Of a DNA stretch of 64,000 bases, positions 19,824-29,928 are shown one piece after another. The translations under genes were made by a program, and so were the position numbers. The notes under the pieces are model-generated. The model saw only the letters and a list, made by a program, of their open reading frames with translations. It was not told the origin of the DNA and ran no database searches. The stretch's first letter is position 1. Each line of letters starts with the position of its first letter. Location of the stretch: assembly GCA_902511575.1 (NCBI GenBank), contig CABXFU010000005.1, forward strand, positions 2,753 to 66,752, written 5' to 3'. The DNA comes from an uncultured SAR86 cluster bacterium. GTDB taxonomy: Bacteria > Pseudomonadota > Gammaproteobacteria > Magnimaribacterales > D2472.

Positions 19824-20873
19824 ATGAAGGATATAAAAGTTGTACTTGAGAATTTATCTATTCAGAGTGTGACAATTGATAATGCACAAGCTTCATTTTT
19901 AGAGAAGTTTATTGAGCAAGATTCAGCCTACAAACCCCCTACATTTTTTTCTAAAAATAATTCAATTGGAAATTTATATCTATGGGGTCCAGTTGGAAGG
20001 GGTAAAACAATGCTACTTCAGGCTCTCCAAGATTCATATTTTCCTCAAGCAGGCCAATTTCATTTCATTGAATTTATGCAACTTATTCATAAAAAATTAT
20101 CAGAATTTTCAGGAAACAGTGATCCAATATTAAAGGTTGTAAAAAGTCTTTCGAATGATTTTAAGATTATTTTTATAGATGAGTTTCAGATTGAGGATAT
20201 TGCTGATGCAATGATTATAGGTACATTAATTGAAGCATTATCGCAAAAAGGAATAAGGATGTTCATTTCATCTAATTCACACCCAGATGATCTCTATAAA
20301 GATGGTCTTCAAAGGGCTAAATTTTTACAAACTATAGATTTTATTAATAAAAATTTTTTTATTCACCATCTATTGGGGAGCGAGGACTATAGACTAAAAG
20401 AAATTGCTAAGTTTGATAGTTCAGCCAAAGATGGTAATAGTTTTGGAGGCGTTAAAGATTTTTTACAAAGAACTTTCAATCAAGATATTACTTATACAAC
20501 TGAGTTTTTGGCTAATGATAGAAAATTTAATTGTTTAGGCTGTTCTGATAAGGCGCTTTGGCTATCTTTTGAAGACTTTTTTTCATCGCCATGTTCAAGC
20601 AAAGATTTTATTGAGATTGTTAAAACATTTGAATGGGTATTTATTAATAATTTTCATGCTTGTAATGATGATCATCTTGATAAGGTAAGAAGATTTATAA
20701 GCTTTATTGATATTGCTTACCAAGAAAAACAAAAACTAAAATGTTTCTATGATCCAAATTTAATGATTAATTTGTATTCCGGAGATCAGTTACATCATTT
20801 ATGGGTAAGAACTGAAAGTAGACTACATCAAATAGCATCAAAAAAATATCTTCAAAATTTAGAGAAAAACTAA
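19824..20873 (+). CDS. zapE: Cell division AFG1-like ATPase ZapE
   Basis: LYLWGPVGRGKTML, DEFQIEDIADAMI, LYKDGLQR, RTESRL; upstream of rplM. Confidence 0.93.
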   Translation: MKDIKVVLENLSIQSVTIDNAQASFLEKFIEQDSAYKPPTFFSKNNSIGNLYLWGPVGRGKTMLLQALQDSYFPQAGQFHFIEFMQLIHKKLSEFSGNSDPILKVVKSLSNDFKIIFIDEFQIEDIADAMIIGTLIEALSQKGIRMFISSNSHPDDLYKDGLQRAKFLQTIDFINKNFFIHHLLGSEDYRLKEIAKFDSSAKDGNSFGGVKDFLQRTFNQDITYTTEFLANDRKFNCLGCSDKALWLSFEDFFSSPCSSKDFIEIVKTFEWVFINNFHACNDDHLDKVRRFISFIDIAYQEKQKLKCFYDPNLMINLYSGDQLHHLWVRTESRLHQIASKKYLQNLEKN

Positions 20874-20891
20874 ACTAAATGAATTAAAATA

Positions 20892-20920
20892 TTGATTAAA
20901 TAGCGCTTAAACATTAACAT
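20892..20920 (+). promoter_or_regulatory. Sigma-70 promoter of rplM-rpsI
   Basis: TTGATT (20892-20897), 17-nt spacer, TAACAT (20915-20920). Confidence 0.55.
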
Positions 20921-20955
20921 TCGCATCTAATTTTTTTCTTTAAACATAAAAAGTA

Positions 20956-21390
20956 ATGAAAACTCTTTCACTCAGAAAAGAAGACGCTCAACATGATTGG
21001 TATGTTGTAGATGCTTCAGACAAAATTCTAGGGCGTCTAGCCACAAAAATAGCTGATCGTATCAGAGGCAAAGACAAACCTACCTTCACTCCCCATACTG
21101 ATGGAGGGGACTATGTTGTGGTTATCAATGCAGAAAAAATTCAGGTAACTGGAAAAAAGTTTGATGATAAAAAATATTACACACACTCACTTTATCCTGG
21201 CGGTCTGAAGACTAAAGTATTCAAAGATATTATTGAAGATAAGCCTGAATATATTATAGAAGAAGCTGTAAAAGGCATGCTTCCAAAAAATAAACTTGGA
21301 AAGCAAATGTTCAAAAAACTCAAAGTATATAAGGGCGATAATCATCCTCATGAATCACAAGAACCTCAAATTTGGGAGCCAAAACTATGA
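20956..21390 (+). CDS. rplM: 50S ribosomal protein L13
   Basis: WYVVDA...[23 protein letters not shown]. Confidence 0.98.
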   Translation: MKTLSLRKEDAQHDWYVVDASDKILGRLATKIADRIRGKDKPTFTPHTDGGDYVVVINAEKIQVTGKKFDDKKYYTHSLYPGGLKTKVFKDIIEDKPEYIIEEAVKGMLPKNKLGKQMFKKLKVYKGDNHPHESQEPQIWEPKL

Positions 21391-21779
21391 GTACATCTAT
21401 TCATTATGCAACTGGTAGAAGGAAGACTTCATCAGCTAGAGTGTATCTCTCAAAAGGAAAAGGAAAAATACTTGTTAATAATAAAGAATTAGCTCACTAC
21501 TTTGGTAGGCAAGTAGCACAAATGTTAGTAATGCAACCATTGAAATTAACTGAGCTTGATGAGCAGGTAGACATCAAGGCTATGGTCAAGGGCGGAGGAA
21601 GCTTTGGTCAAGCAGGAGCAATTAGGCATGGTATCTCAAGAGCTTTACTTGAATTCGATGAGAGCCTAAGACCTCAGCTCAAATCTGCAGGGTTTTTGAC
21701 AAGAGACGATAGAAAGGTAGAGAGAAAGAAGCCAGGATTAAAGAAAGCAAGAAAAAGCTCTCAATTCTCCAAACGTTAA
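21387..21779 (+). CDS. rpsI: 30S ribosomal protein S9
   Basis: [27 protein letters not shown]-terminal QFSKR; ATGA overlap with rplM. Confidence 0.98.
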   Translation: MSTSIHYATGRRKTSSARVYLSKGKGKILVNNKELAHYFGRQVAQMLVMQPLKLTELDEQVDIKAMVKGGGSFGQAGAIRHGISRALLEFDESLRPQLKSAGFLTRDDRKVERKKPGLKKARKSSQFSKR

Positions 21780-21823
21780 TTTCTTATATTTAAATATTAC
21801 CGTTCATCCCAATATAGGTTTTA

Positions 21824-22408
21824 ATGGAAGAAAAAATTACCACGCGAAGAAAAGTACTTATAGGAATGACTTCAGCTGTCGGCGCAGTCGGTGCATCATT
21901 GGCAGTTGTTCCATTTATCGCTTCCTGGAATCCAAGTGCAAAAGCCAAAGCAGTTGGCGGTCCAGTAAAAGTTGATGTTTCAAAAATGCAGGTTGGGCAA
22001 AAAATTCAAGTTGCCTGGAGAAAGCAGCCTGTTTTTGTGATAAGGCATAGCAAAGAAGCATTGGCAGGTCTTTCAAAAGTTGAATCAAAGCTAGATGATC
22101 CAAGTTCTTTAAAGATTGATGAGCCATATAGAGATGTAAATCCAACAAGATCAACATCAAATGAATATACTGTAATTGCAGGAGTTTGTACCCATCTGGG
22201 GTGTGCTCCAAAATATTATCCTGAAATGGAATCTCAGCCTTGGGATGAGTCTTGGGTTGGTGGATTTTTCTGTCCTTGTCATGGATCAATGTTTGACATT
22301 GTTGGGAGAGTATTCAAAGGAGTTCCTGCTCCAACTAATTTAAAGGTTCCGCCACATTATTTTGACGGAAGTATATTAATAATAGGGGAAGAAAGAGGCA
22401 CTGCATAA
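21824..22408 (+). CDS. petA: Cytochrome bc1 Rieske Fe-S subunit
   Basis: Tat-type TRR, CTHLGC and CPCHGS. Confidence 0.97.
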   Translation: MEEKITTRRKVLIGMTSAVGAVGASLAVVPFIASWNPSAKAKAVGGPVKVDVSKMQVGQKIQVAWRKQPVFVIRHSKEALAGLSKVESKLDDPSSLKIDEPYRDVNPTRSTSNEYTVIAGVCTHLGCAPKYYPEMESQPWDESWVGGFFCPCHGSMFDIVGRVFKGVPAPTNLKVPPHYFDGSILIIGEERGTA

Positions 22409-23625
22409 TGACCCAAAAATCATCAGGATTTTTTAATTGGATTAATTCTCGTTTACCTATCGTAAATACATATGAACGCCATTTATCAAAACACCCTGTC
22501 CCCAAGAAAGTAAATTTCTGGTATATGTTCGGTGCTTTGGCATCAGTAGTGTTAATTATTCAAATCGTTTCAGGCATTTGGTTGATGTTTGGTTATGAGA
22601 ATACTGAAGAGGGAGCTTTTGCTTCTATAGAATACATTATGCGAGATATTGAATACGGTTGGGTTATTCGATATATGCATACCACTGGCGCTTCAATGTT
22701 CTTTGCTGTTGTCTATCTTCATATGTTTCGAGGGTTGTTATATGGGTCTTATCACAAACCAAGAGAATTGGTCTGGGTTTTTGGTATGACTATTTACCTT
22801 GTAATGATGGCCGAGGGTTTCTTGGGATATGTATTGCCTTATGGTCAAATGTCTTACTGGGGTGCCCAGGTTATTATTTCTCTTTTTGGTGCAATTCCTT
22901 TCATTGGCGAGTCATTGGAGATTTGGGTTAGGGGTGATTATTATATTTCTGGTGCAACTATTTCAAGATTTTTTGCATTACACGTTGTGGCTTTACCTTT
23001 AATATTAATTGCATTGGTTTTTATGCATTTAGTTGCCTTGCATGAAGTTGGAGCAGGGAATCCAGAAGGTGTAGATATTGAGAAGCATTTAGATGAGGAT
23101 GGTGTCCCATTAGACAGCATTCCATTTTTTCCATATAAAGTTTTGAATGCATTGGTGGCTATTGGAATATTTGGCATTGTATTTTCAATTATCATGTTCT
23201 TTTTCCCTGAGGGCGGAGGTTATATGTTGGAGTTAGCTAATTTTGAAGAAGCTAATCCACTTGTTACACCTGAGCATATTGCTCCAGTATGGTATTACTC
23301 ACCATACTACGCAATGTTAAGGGCGGTGCCTGATAAGCTTGGTGGTCTTGTAGTTATGGGTGCTGCTATAGCCATACTATTCGTCGTACCATGGCTTGAT
23401 AGAAGTAAAGCCGCCTCCATTAGGTACAAAGGAATACTTAGCAAGATTGCAATGACTATTTTTATTATTAGCTGGCTTATGCTTGCATGGTTGGGCACTG
23501 TGCCTGTAACAGCTCTAAGAACAACACTTAGTATCATTGGGACCATAATTTATTTTGCATTTTTCTTATTAATGCCGATTTATACTTCTATTGAAAAAAC
23601 TAAGCCGGTACCAGAAAGATTATGA
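22408..23625 (+). CDS. petB: Cytochrome b
   Basis: Heme-ligand His (RYMHTTG, YLHM, ALHV, MH), GQMSYWG, PVWY Qo motif. Confidence 0.97.
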   Translation: MTQKSSGFFNWINSRLPIVNTYERHLSKHPVPKKVNFWYMFGALASVVLIIQIVSGIWLMFGYENTEEGAFASIEYIMRDIEYGWVIRYMHTTGASMFFAVVYLHMFRGLLYGSYHKPRELVWVFGMTIYLVMMAEGFLGYVLPYGQMSYWGAQVIISLFGAIPFIGESLEIWVRGDYYISGATISRFFALHVVALPLILIALVFMHLVALHEVGAGNPEGVDIEKHLDEDGVPLDSIPFFPYKVLNALVAIGIFGIVFSIIMFFFPEGGGYMLELANFEEANPLVTPEHIAPVWYYSPYYAMLRAVPDKLGGLVVMGAAIAILFVVPWLDRSKAASIRYKGILSKIAMTIFIISWLMLAWLGTVPVTALRTTLSIIGTIIYFAFFLLMPIYTSIEKTKPVPERL

Positions 23626-24419
23626 AGAAATTCTTATTAGTAGCTTTCTTGCTGATTGGTTATCAAGAAGCTTTTGCAGCAGGCGGTGCGCCATGCGGTG
23701 ATTATGGAGAATGCGATTCATTCAAACCTGAGCTTAATAATATTGAGTCACTCCAATTAGGCGCTCTGACTTTTATTAACCATTGTTATGGTTGTCATTC
23801 CTTAAAATATTCTCGATGGGGAAGAATTGCAAAAGACCTAGATATTCCTGAGAATATATTCAATGATAACTTAGTATTTGGGGCAAATGTAAAGCTTGGA
23901 GATAGAATGACCGGATCAATGAAACCTGCTGTTTCTGAAACCTGGTTTGGCATAGCTCCGCCCGATCTAACACTTGTTACAAGATTGCATGGCTCTGATT
24001 GGGTCTATACTTATTTAAGAACTTTTTATGAGGATTCATTAATGCCATATGGGGTAAATAATATGGTATATCCAGGCGCAGCAATGCCCAATGTTTTAGC
24101 CTCGATGCAAGGTCAGCAAATATTATCTTGCAAGGATGTGCCGATAATAGCTAGCAATGGCGGAGTGAGAAGGGATGAAATGGGTAACGATATCACTGAA
24201 GAAAAGTGTGGATATCTTAAAACCATTCAGGGATCAGGCACTTTATCTGTTCAAGAGTTTGATAAGGTTATATACAACCTTGTAAATTTTATGACATACG
24301 TTGGCGAGCCAAGCAGGTCAGATAGAGAGAGAATGGGTTGGTATGCAATATTATTTTTTGTAGTCTTTACAGCACTTGCTTATCTTCTCTTTAGAGAATA
24401 CGAAAAAGATTATCATTAG
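23622..24419 (+). CDS. petC: Cytochrome c1
   Basis: CYGCH, PPDL, AMP, C-terminal TM anchor. Confidence 0.96.
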   Translation: MKKFLLVAFLLIGYQEAFAAGGAPCGDYGECDSFKPELNNIESLQLGALTFINHCYGCHSLKYSRWGRIAKDLDIPENIFNDNLVFGANVKLGDRMTGSMKPAVSETWFGIAPPDLTLVTRLHGSDWVYTYLRTFYEDSLMPYGVNNMVYPGAAMPNVLASMQGQQILSCKDVPIIASNGGVRRDEMGNDITEEKCGYLKTIQGSGTLSVQEFDKVIYNLVNFMTYVGEPSRSDRERMGWYAILFFVVFTALAYLLFREYEKDYH

Positions 24420-24444
24420 ATTTAATTAAAAACAAAGAGGAAGC

Positions 24445-25053
24445 ATGATTTTATATTCTGACAAAGACGACCATTACAGCCACAGAGTAAGAATTGTTCT
24501 TGCTGAAAAGGATATTGCTTGTGAAATAAGAGAGACTACAAATGAAGAGGCTCCAGAGGAAGTTTTAGCGCTTAATCCATATCATACCCTTCCTATTCTG
24601 GCTGATAGGGATCTTGGTTTGTATGATGCAGGAGTAATGCTGGAGTATCTTGATGAGCGCTTCCCACATCCTCCTCTTCTGCCGGTCTATCCAGTATCAA
24701 GGGCTAATAGCCGAACACTTATGTTGAGAATAGATAAAGAATGGTGCCCATTAGTCGATACCTTAATTACTAAAGAGCTTTCTGAGAAGGAACTATTGAT
24801 CGTTAGGGAAGAGTTGCTGAATGAAATAAGCACAGTTGCTCCGACTTTCAAAGAATTTGATTTTTTTATGAGTGAAGATTTTTCTCTAATAGATTGTTAT
24901 CTAGCCCCAATTTTGTGGAGGCTTCCTTCTCTTGGAATCAATCTCCCTTTAAATAGGCATCTCAAACCTTTGCTGGATTATCAAACTAAAATATTTGCCA
25001 GACCCAGCTTCCAAGACAGCCTTTCTTTAATAGAGAGAGATCTTAGGGATTAA
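24445..25053 (+). CDS. sspA: Stringent starvation protein A
   Basis: SHRVRIVLAEK, EYLDERFPHPPLLPVYP; follows petABC. Confidence 0.95.
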   Translation: MILYSDKDDHYSHRVRIVLAEKDIACEIRETTNEEAPEEVLALNPYHTLPILADRDLGLYDAGVMLEYLDERFPHPPLLPVYPVSRANSRTLMLRIDKEWCPLVDTLITKELSEKELLIVREELLNEISTVAPTFKEFDFFMSEDFSLIDCYLAPILWRLPSLGINLPLNRHLKPLLDYQTKIFARPSFQDSLSLIERDLRD

Positions 25054-26153
25054 GACGAAATTAAATCTGGGCTAATTCTCTGCAAAGGAATATCTCTTTT
25101 GGCGCATGAATTAGATTGATAAACAATACTACCAGTCACTCCATTTATTTTTGCTGATTGAACCCCAGCTTGTTTTAGAATTTGCAGTAATAACCATTCA
25201 TGCAAAGCTCCTAGCTTTAGGAAATTTTTAAGAGATGCTGGTTCATCATTCTTAATTTTTGATGTTAGATAAATAGATGCGGGAGTCAATGAATCTTCAT
25301 AATCTAGAAGTTGAAGAGGGGTGTTTATTTCCTCTAGAGATGAAATAAAGTTTAAATATATGAAATCACTTCCTCCATGATATCTTAGAGCTGGGATCAT
25401 TGATTTATATTCTTGAGGATTTAATATAATTATAATTTGCTTGAAATCAGACCTAGGCCGAGGGCTAAAATTTAGATTTTGATTAGGGTTCAGGTTTGAA
25501 ATTTTATTGAACCGTTTTTCGCTAAATTTAACTCCTAAAATCTCAGCTGAGAACTCTTGAAAATTCGTTCCAGTATATTTTATTCTTACAAGGTTTTTAT
25601 TTTCTGGTTTTAGGCTTTCAGCAAATGATTTATATTCTTCAGAATAAATAATTAATGCTGAATCAGAGTTTTTGTTTATTTTCTGATTTATTGATGCAAT
25701 TGCATCATCGTAAATGCTTGAGCAGAACCCATTAATTTTTTGTGAAAGTAAGTTTTTTGGCAGGATGATTTGATTGTTTTCATCCCACAAAATATTTACT
25801 GGAAGATTGAGTCTATAAACTAACTCTATCAAATCCTTAGAGTATTCATGATTTGGTTTGAGCTCGAGGAAATAATTTTTTTTTGTCAGAATTTTTTGAT
25901 AATTCTTTTTTAATATTTTTGCGTCATTTAATGCCTTTTGATCTAGCATTTCATTATCAATAGTTGCTTGTATTATCTCCAGGTCATTATAAAAGTAGCT
26001 TTGATAATCATAGATCTCCAGGAAGTCTTTTGGGCTATCTTCCTGAAGAGATTCAGCTGAATTAAGATTTAAATTTTTAAATGTTGTTGAGCAAGATGCT
26101 AAGATAATTAATGCTACAAGACGTGTTAAATGTTTATTTTTTTTAAAAATCAT
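25050..26153 (-). CDS. Lipoprotein, probably a reduced LpoA/LppC (PBP1A activator)
   Basis: Lipobox LASC, LNFSPRPRSD and INGVTG reminiscent of the LppC C-terminal domain; divergent from rsmI as lpoA (yraM) normally is. Confidence 0.65.
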   Translation of the reverse strand: MIFKKNKHLTRLVALIILASCSTTFKNLNLNSAESLQEDSPKDFLEIYDYQSYFYNDLEIIQATIDNEMLDQKALNDAKILKKNYQKILTKKNYFLELKPNHEYSKDLIELVYRLNLPVNILWDENNQIILPKNLLSQKINGFCSSIYDDAIASINQKINKNSDSALIIYSEEYKSFAESLKPENKNLVRIKYTGTNFQEFSAEILGVKFSEKRFNKISNLNPNQNLNFSPRPRSDFKQIIIILNPQEYKSMIPALRYHGGSDFIYLNFISSLEEINTPLQLLDYEDSLTPASIYLTSKIKNDEPASLKNFLKLGALHEWLLLQILKQAGVQSAKINGVTGSIVYQSNSCAKRDIPLQRISPDLISS

Positions 26154-26165
26154 TAACTTAATTTC

Positions 26166-26987
26166 ATGCTTTATATAATTTGCACTCCAATTGGTAATTT
26201 AAATGATTTCTCATTGAGGTCAATTAATACTTTAAAGGAAGTAGATAAGATTTTTGTAGAAGATACCAGGGTTTCAGCAAAACTTTTACAACATTTTGAT
26301 ATTAAAAAGAAAACTAAGCCATTTCATGAGCATAACGAGAATGAAGCTACTGATGAGATAATTAAACTCATTAAAAGCGGAGAAACCGTAGCACTTTTAT
26401 CTGATGCTGGGGCGCCGCTTATATCTGATCCAGGATATCCACTAACACAAAGATGTATTAAAGATGGCATTTCTTTTACAGTCCTTCCGGGGCCGTCTGC
26501 AGTTATCAATGCATTAATTCTTTCAGGCTTACCGTCAGACAAGTTCTCCTTTAAAGGATTTTTGCCAAAACAACATGAGGCAAAAAGAAAAATTGCAATA
26601 AAGTTACAGAATTGCGATGTAACAAATATTTTTTTTGAATCTGGAAAGAGGATTAGCAGCACTATTTCAATTTTCTCAGAGAACCTAAGTCCAGATACTC
26701 AGTTAGCAATTTGCCGAGAGATGACCAAGGAATATGAATCAATTTATAGAGGAACTATTGAGGAAATTTTAACTCTTATTAAAAATAATCAAATTACAAT
26801 GTTAGGAGAGTTTGTAATTCTTGTTTACCCATGCTCATATTCCAGTATAGTTTTTGATTTGGATGAAAATTTTTGTCGCCCGTTTCTTGATTATTTATCC
26901 CCAACTGATGCATCAAAACTTATAGCTAAAGTTACTTCTTTTTCTAAGCAAGAAGTATACAAATTCCTCTTAGGCATTTCTAAATAG
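26166..26987 (+). CDS. rsmI: 16S rRNA (cytidine-1402-2'-O)-methyltransferase
   Basis: LYIICTPIGNL, EDTR, SDAGAPLISDPG, REMTK..E. Confidence 0.96.
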   Translation: MLYIICTPIGNLNDFSLRSINTLKEVDKIFVEDTRVSAKLLQHFDIKKKTKPFHEHNENEATDEIIKLIKSGETVALLSDAGAPLISDPGYPLTQRCIKDGISFTVLPGPSAVINALILSGLPSDKFSFKGFLPKQHEAKRKIAIKLQNCDVTNIFFESGKRISSTISIFSENLSPDTQLAICREMTKEYESIYRGTIEEILTLIKNNQITMLGEFVILVYPCSYSSIVFDLDENFCRPFLDYLSPTDASKLIAKVTSFSKQEVYKFLLGISK

Positions 26988-27012
26988 ATGCAAAAGGTAT
27001 TAAAATGCATTC

Positions 27013-27346
27013 GAGTTGATCGGATGACTGCTAGCATTTTGTTAGAGGAAAGTCCGGACTTCATAGAGTAGAGTGCCAGGTAATTCCTGGGGAGTGTGAG
27101 CTCACGGCAAGTGCAACAGAAAATATACCGCCAAGAAATTGGTAAGGGTGAAATGGTAGGGTAAGAGCCTACCGCGTATTTGGTAACAAATATGGCAGTG
27201 TAAACCCCACTTTGAAGCAAAACCAAATAGGAATCCGTTTAGGCTACTCGTCTAGGATTCGGGTAGGTTGCTTGAGTAATATGGTGACATATTGCCTAGA
27301 TAGATGGTCATTTAATACAGAATCCGGCTTATAGATCAACTCACCT
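27013..27346 (+). ncRNA. rnpB: RNase P RNA, type A, compact (~330 nt)
   Basis: GAGGAAAGTCCGG, AGTGCAACAGAAA, GGGTGAAA, AAACCCC, ACAGAATCCGGCTTA; P1 GAGTTGATC/GATCAACTC; canonical position between rsmI and mraZ. Confidence 0.97.
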
Positions 27347-27360
27347 CATTTTTTTAAAAA

Positions 27361-27400
27361 AAAGTGTGTAAAAGTGTGTTAAATGTAGTATAAAGTGTGT
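27361..27400 (+). promoter_or_regulatory. MraZ-binding direct repeats upstream of mraZ
   Basis: AAAGTGTGT at 27361, 27371 and 27392, degenerate AAATGTAGT at 27381; ~10-bp periodicity. Confidence 0.75.
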
Positions 27401-27423
27401 AGTTATTAATTTTTACATACATT

Positions 27424-27891
27424 ATGTTTGGTTTTACAACAATTTCGATAGATGCAAAGGGAAGACTAGCTATTCCTGCAAAATATCGAGATAAACTTCT
27501 TTTTCAAAATGAAGATAGCATTGTTGTAACAAGAGATCCTCAATATCCAGCATTAAAAATCTATCCAGGTTCAATCTGGAACAGCATATCTAGTGAGCTT
27601 CAATCATTACAAGGTCTTGACCCAATTGTAAGAAATTTACAATGGACAATCCTAGGAAATGCCAGCGAGAGTTCATTTGATCCCAAAGGCAGAATGTTAA
27701 TACTTTTACCCTTAGAGCTTAGAGAATACGCAGAAATTAAAAAAGCAGAAAAAGTATCCTTCATTGGCATGGGAAATAAATTTGAAGTTTGGAATCATCA
27801 AAACTGGGAGATGAGGCAAACAGGCGGGGCTTTATCAACTGAAATTCTTGAGGTTGTATTGCCTGAGAGTTTAAAAAAAATATCTTTTTAA
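27424..27891 (+). CDS. mraZ: Division/cell wall cluster transcriptional regulator MraZ
   Basis: Two DxKGR motifs (DAKGR, DPKGR), GMGNKFEVW. Confidence 0.95.
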   Translation: MFGFTTISIDAKGRLAIPAKYRDKLLFQNEDSIVVTRDPQYPALKIYPGSIWNSISSELQSLQGLDPIVRNLQWTILGNASESSFDPKGRMLILLPLELREYAEIKKAEKVSFIGMGNKFEVWNHQNWEMRQTGGALSTEILEVVLPESLKKISF

Positions 27892-27902
27892 AGGGGTAGA
27901 AA

Positions 27903-29030
27903 ATGAATTGGGAAATAATTGAAGAAAATGCTGGATTAGCCAAAATTAAAGTGATTGGTGTAGGTGGCGCAGGTGGAAATGCAGTTATTCATATGATCAA
28001 TCATGAAATTCAGGGTGCAGATTTTATTTGTGCAAACACTGATTCTCAAGCATTAGATAGAGCAAAAGGATCTACTATCTTAAAGCTTGGTGATAATGTT
28101 ACTAGAGGCCTAGGGGCTGGAGCAGATCCGCAGGTAGGAAGAGCAGCAGCAGAAAGAGATAGGGCTGCAATCGAAGAGTTATTGGCTGGAGCAGATATGA
28201 TCTTTATAACAGCAGGTATGGGAGGTGGCACTGGGACTGGTGCTGCTCCAGTAATTGCTGAAATTGCCAAGGAGCTTGGAGCATTAACAGTTGCTGTTGT
28301 AACCAAACCATTTAATTTTGAAGGACACAAAAGAAAAGCTGCAGCTGAACAAGGAATAGCTGAGCTAGTTGAAGAAGTTGACAGCTTGATTACTATACCG
28401 AATCAAAAATTGATGGATATTTTAGGAAGAAAAACATCGATGGAGGAAGCATTTGCCAAAGCAGATGATATTTTGAAAGGAGCAGTTCAAGGCATATCTG
28501 ACATTATTATGAAGCCTGGATATATTAATGTTGACTTTGCAGATGTAAAAACAGTTATGTCAGAAAAGGGAATTGCTATGATGGGTACAGGCCAATCAAG
28601 CGCCGATGAAAGAGGAATTGATGCAGCCAGTCAAGCTGTAAGCTCAGAGTTACTTGAAGATATTGAATTAAAGGATGCGCGAGGTATCTTAGTAAATATA
28701 ACTGCAAAATCGCCAACAATGGCAGATTTTGATGAAGTTGATTCAGTAATTAGAGACTTTACTGCTGATGATGCAACTATTATTTATGGAACCGTAATGG
28801 AAGATTCCATGGATGATGAGGAATTACTTGTTACGGTTGTAGCAACAGGAGTTAATCAAAAAACAGCAACTCTAGCTGTTGATAATTCAAGAAGAGCCAC
28901 TGTGCAACTTAATCCAGTTGGGCTGGATGCACCTAAAATTGACCAAACAGTTGAGTCAGGTGGCACATCGTCTGCAGAGGATATAGATTTCCTTGATGTG
29001 CCAACCTTCATGAGAAAGCAAGTAGACTAA
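27903..29030 (+). CDS. ftsZ: Cell division protein FtsZ
   Basis: GVGGAGGNA, GMGGGTGTG, NVDFADV, C-terminal DFLDVPTFMRKQVD. Confidence 0.99.
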   Translation: MNWEIIEENAGLAKIKVIGVGGAGGNAVIHMINHEIQGADFICANTDSQALDRAKGSTILKLGDNVTRGLGAGADPQVGRAAAERDRAAIEELLAGADMIFITAGMGGGTGTGAAPVIAEIAKELGALTVAVVTKPFNFEGHKRKAAAEQGIAELVEEVDSLITIPNQKLMDILGRKTSMEEAFAKADDILKGAVQGISDIIMKPGYINVDFADVKTVMSEKGIAMMGTGQSSADERGIDAASQAVSSELLEDIELKDARGILVNITAKSPTMADFDEVDSVIRDFTADDATIIYGTVMEDSMDDEELLVTVVATGVNQKTATLAVDNSRRATVQLNPVGLDAPKIDQTVESGGTSSAEDIDFLDVPTFMRKQVD

Positions 29031-29034
29031 AAAG

Positions 29035-29928
29035 ATGCTTCATGTTCCAGTTCTGCTGGAAGAATCATTAGATTTCTTGCTGCATGATTTATCTGGAACC
29101 TATCTAGATCTCACTTTTGGGCGAGGCAGCCATTCTCAAGAAATTTTAAATAGAATCTCATCTCAAGGATCACTTAATGCTGTTGACAGAGATCCAGAAG
29201 CAGTCTCATATGGAAAAAAAAATATAACAGATTCACGATTTAGCATTTTTCATGCAAATTATTCTGAAATTGATTCATTATTTCCTCAGCAGAAATTTGA
29301 TGGAATATTACTAGATCTTGGAACTTGCTCAACTCATTTAGATAACCCTATTAGAGGTTTTAGTTTTCAAAGTGACGGACCTTTGGATATGAGAATGGAT
29401 ATATCTTCAGGGTTTAGTGCAGCTGAGTGGTTAAATAGCGCGCCTGAAAAAGAAATAAGTGATATTTTGTATGAATATGGAGATGAGAAAGCATCAAGAA
29501 AGATTGCAAAAGCTATAGTGAAATATAGAGCAATAAGCTCGTTGGAAACCACGATTGAACTAACAAAAGTAATTGAAACAGTTCTCAAAAGAACTGGCAA
29601 AACTCATCCAGCAACAAAGTCATTTCAAGCTATAAGAATTCATGTAAACAATGAATTACATCATTTAAAAATAACGCTCTCAAAGCTACATGATGTTCTT
29701 AAAGTTGGCGGAGTAGTGGTCATTATTTCATTCCATTCTTTAGAAGATAGAATTGTAAAAAATTTCTTTAAACCTGAGATTGAAGAACTGCCAAAAGATA
29801 TACCAATTAACACCTCTGTAAAAGAAACGTATAGGTCTATTAAGAAGAAGCTTAAACCATCCTCAAATGAAATTACTGTCAATCCTCGCTCTAGAAGTGC
29901 AGTAATGAGAGTTTTTTCAAAGTTATGA
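29035..29928 (+). CDS. rsmH: 16S rRNA m4C1402 methyltransferase
   Basis: HVPVLL, DLTFGRGSHS, GPLDMRMD, FQAIRIHVN, SFHSLEDR, NPRSRSA. Confidence 0.97.
   Translation: MLHVPVLLEESLDFLLHDLSGTYLDLTFGRGSHSQEILNRISSQGSLNAVDRDPEAVSYGKKNITDSRFSIFHANYSEIDSLFPQQKFDGILLDLGTCSTHLDNPIRGFSFQSDGPLDMRMDISSGFSAAEWLNSAPEKEISDILYEYGDEKASRKIAKAIVKYRAISSLETTIELTKVIETVLKRTGKTHPATKSFQAIRIHVNNELHHLKITLSKLHDVLKVGGVVVIISFHSLEDRIVKNFFKPEIEELPKDIPINTSVKETYRSIKKKLKPSSNEITVNPRSRSAVMRVFSKL

Noticed and set aside
23281-23298. Cytochrome b has PVWY rather than PEWY
   Set aside because: PVWY is the known normal variant in gamma- and betaproteobacteria
26891-27226. 111-aa minus-strand ORF over the rsmI end and rnpB
   Set aside because: Antisense to the RNase P RNA; no protein motif, so a chance ORF
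27361-27400. Short direct repeats considered as a mini-CRISPR or replication iterons
   Set aside because: 9-bp units with 1-2 nt spacers, no cas or rep genes; better explained as MraZ boxes
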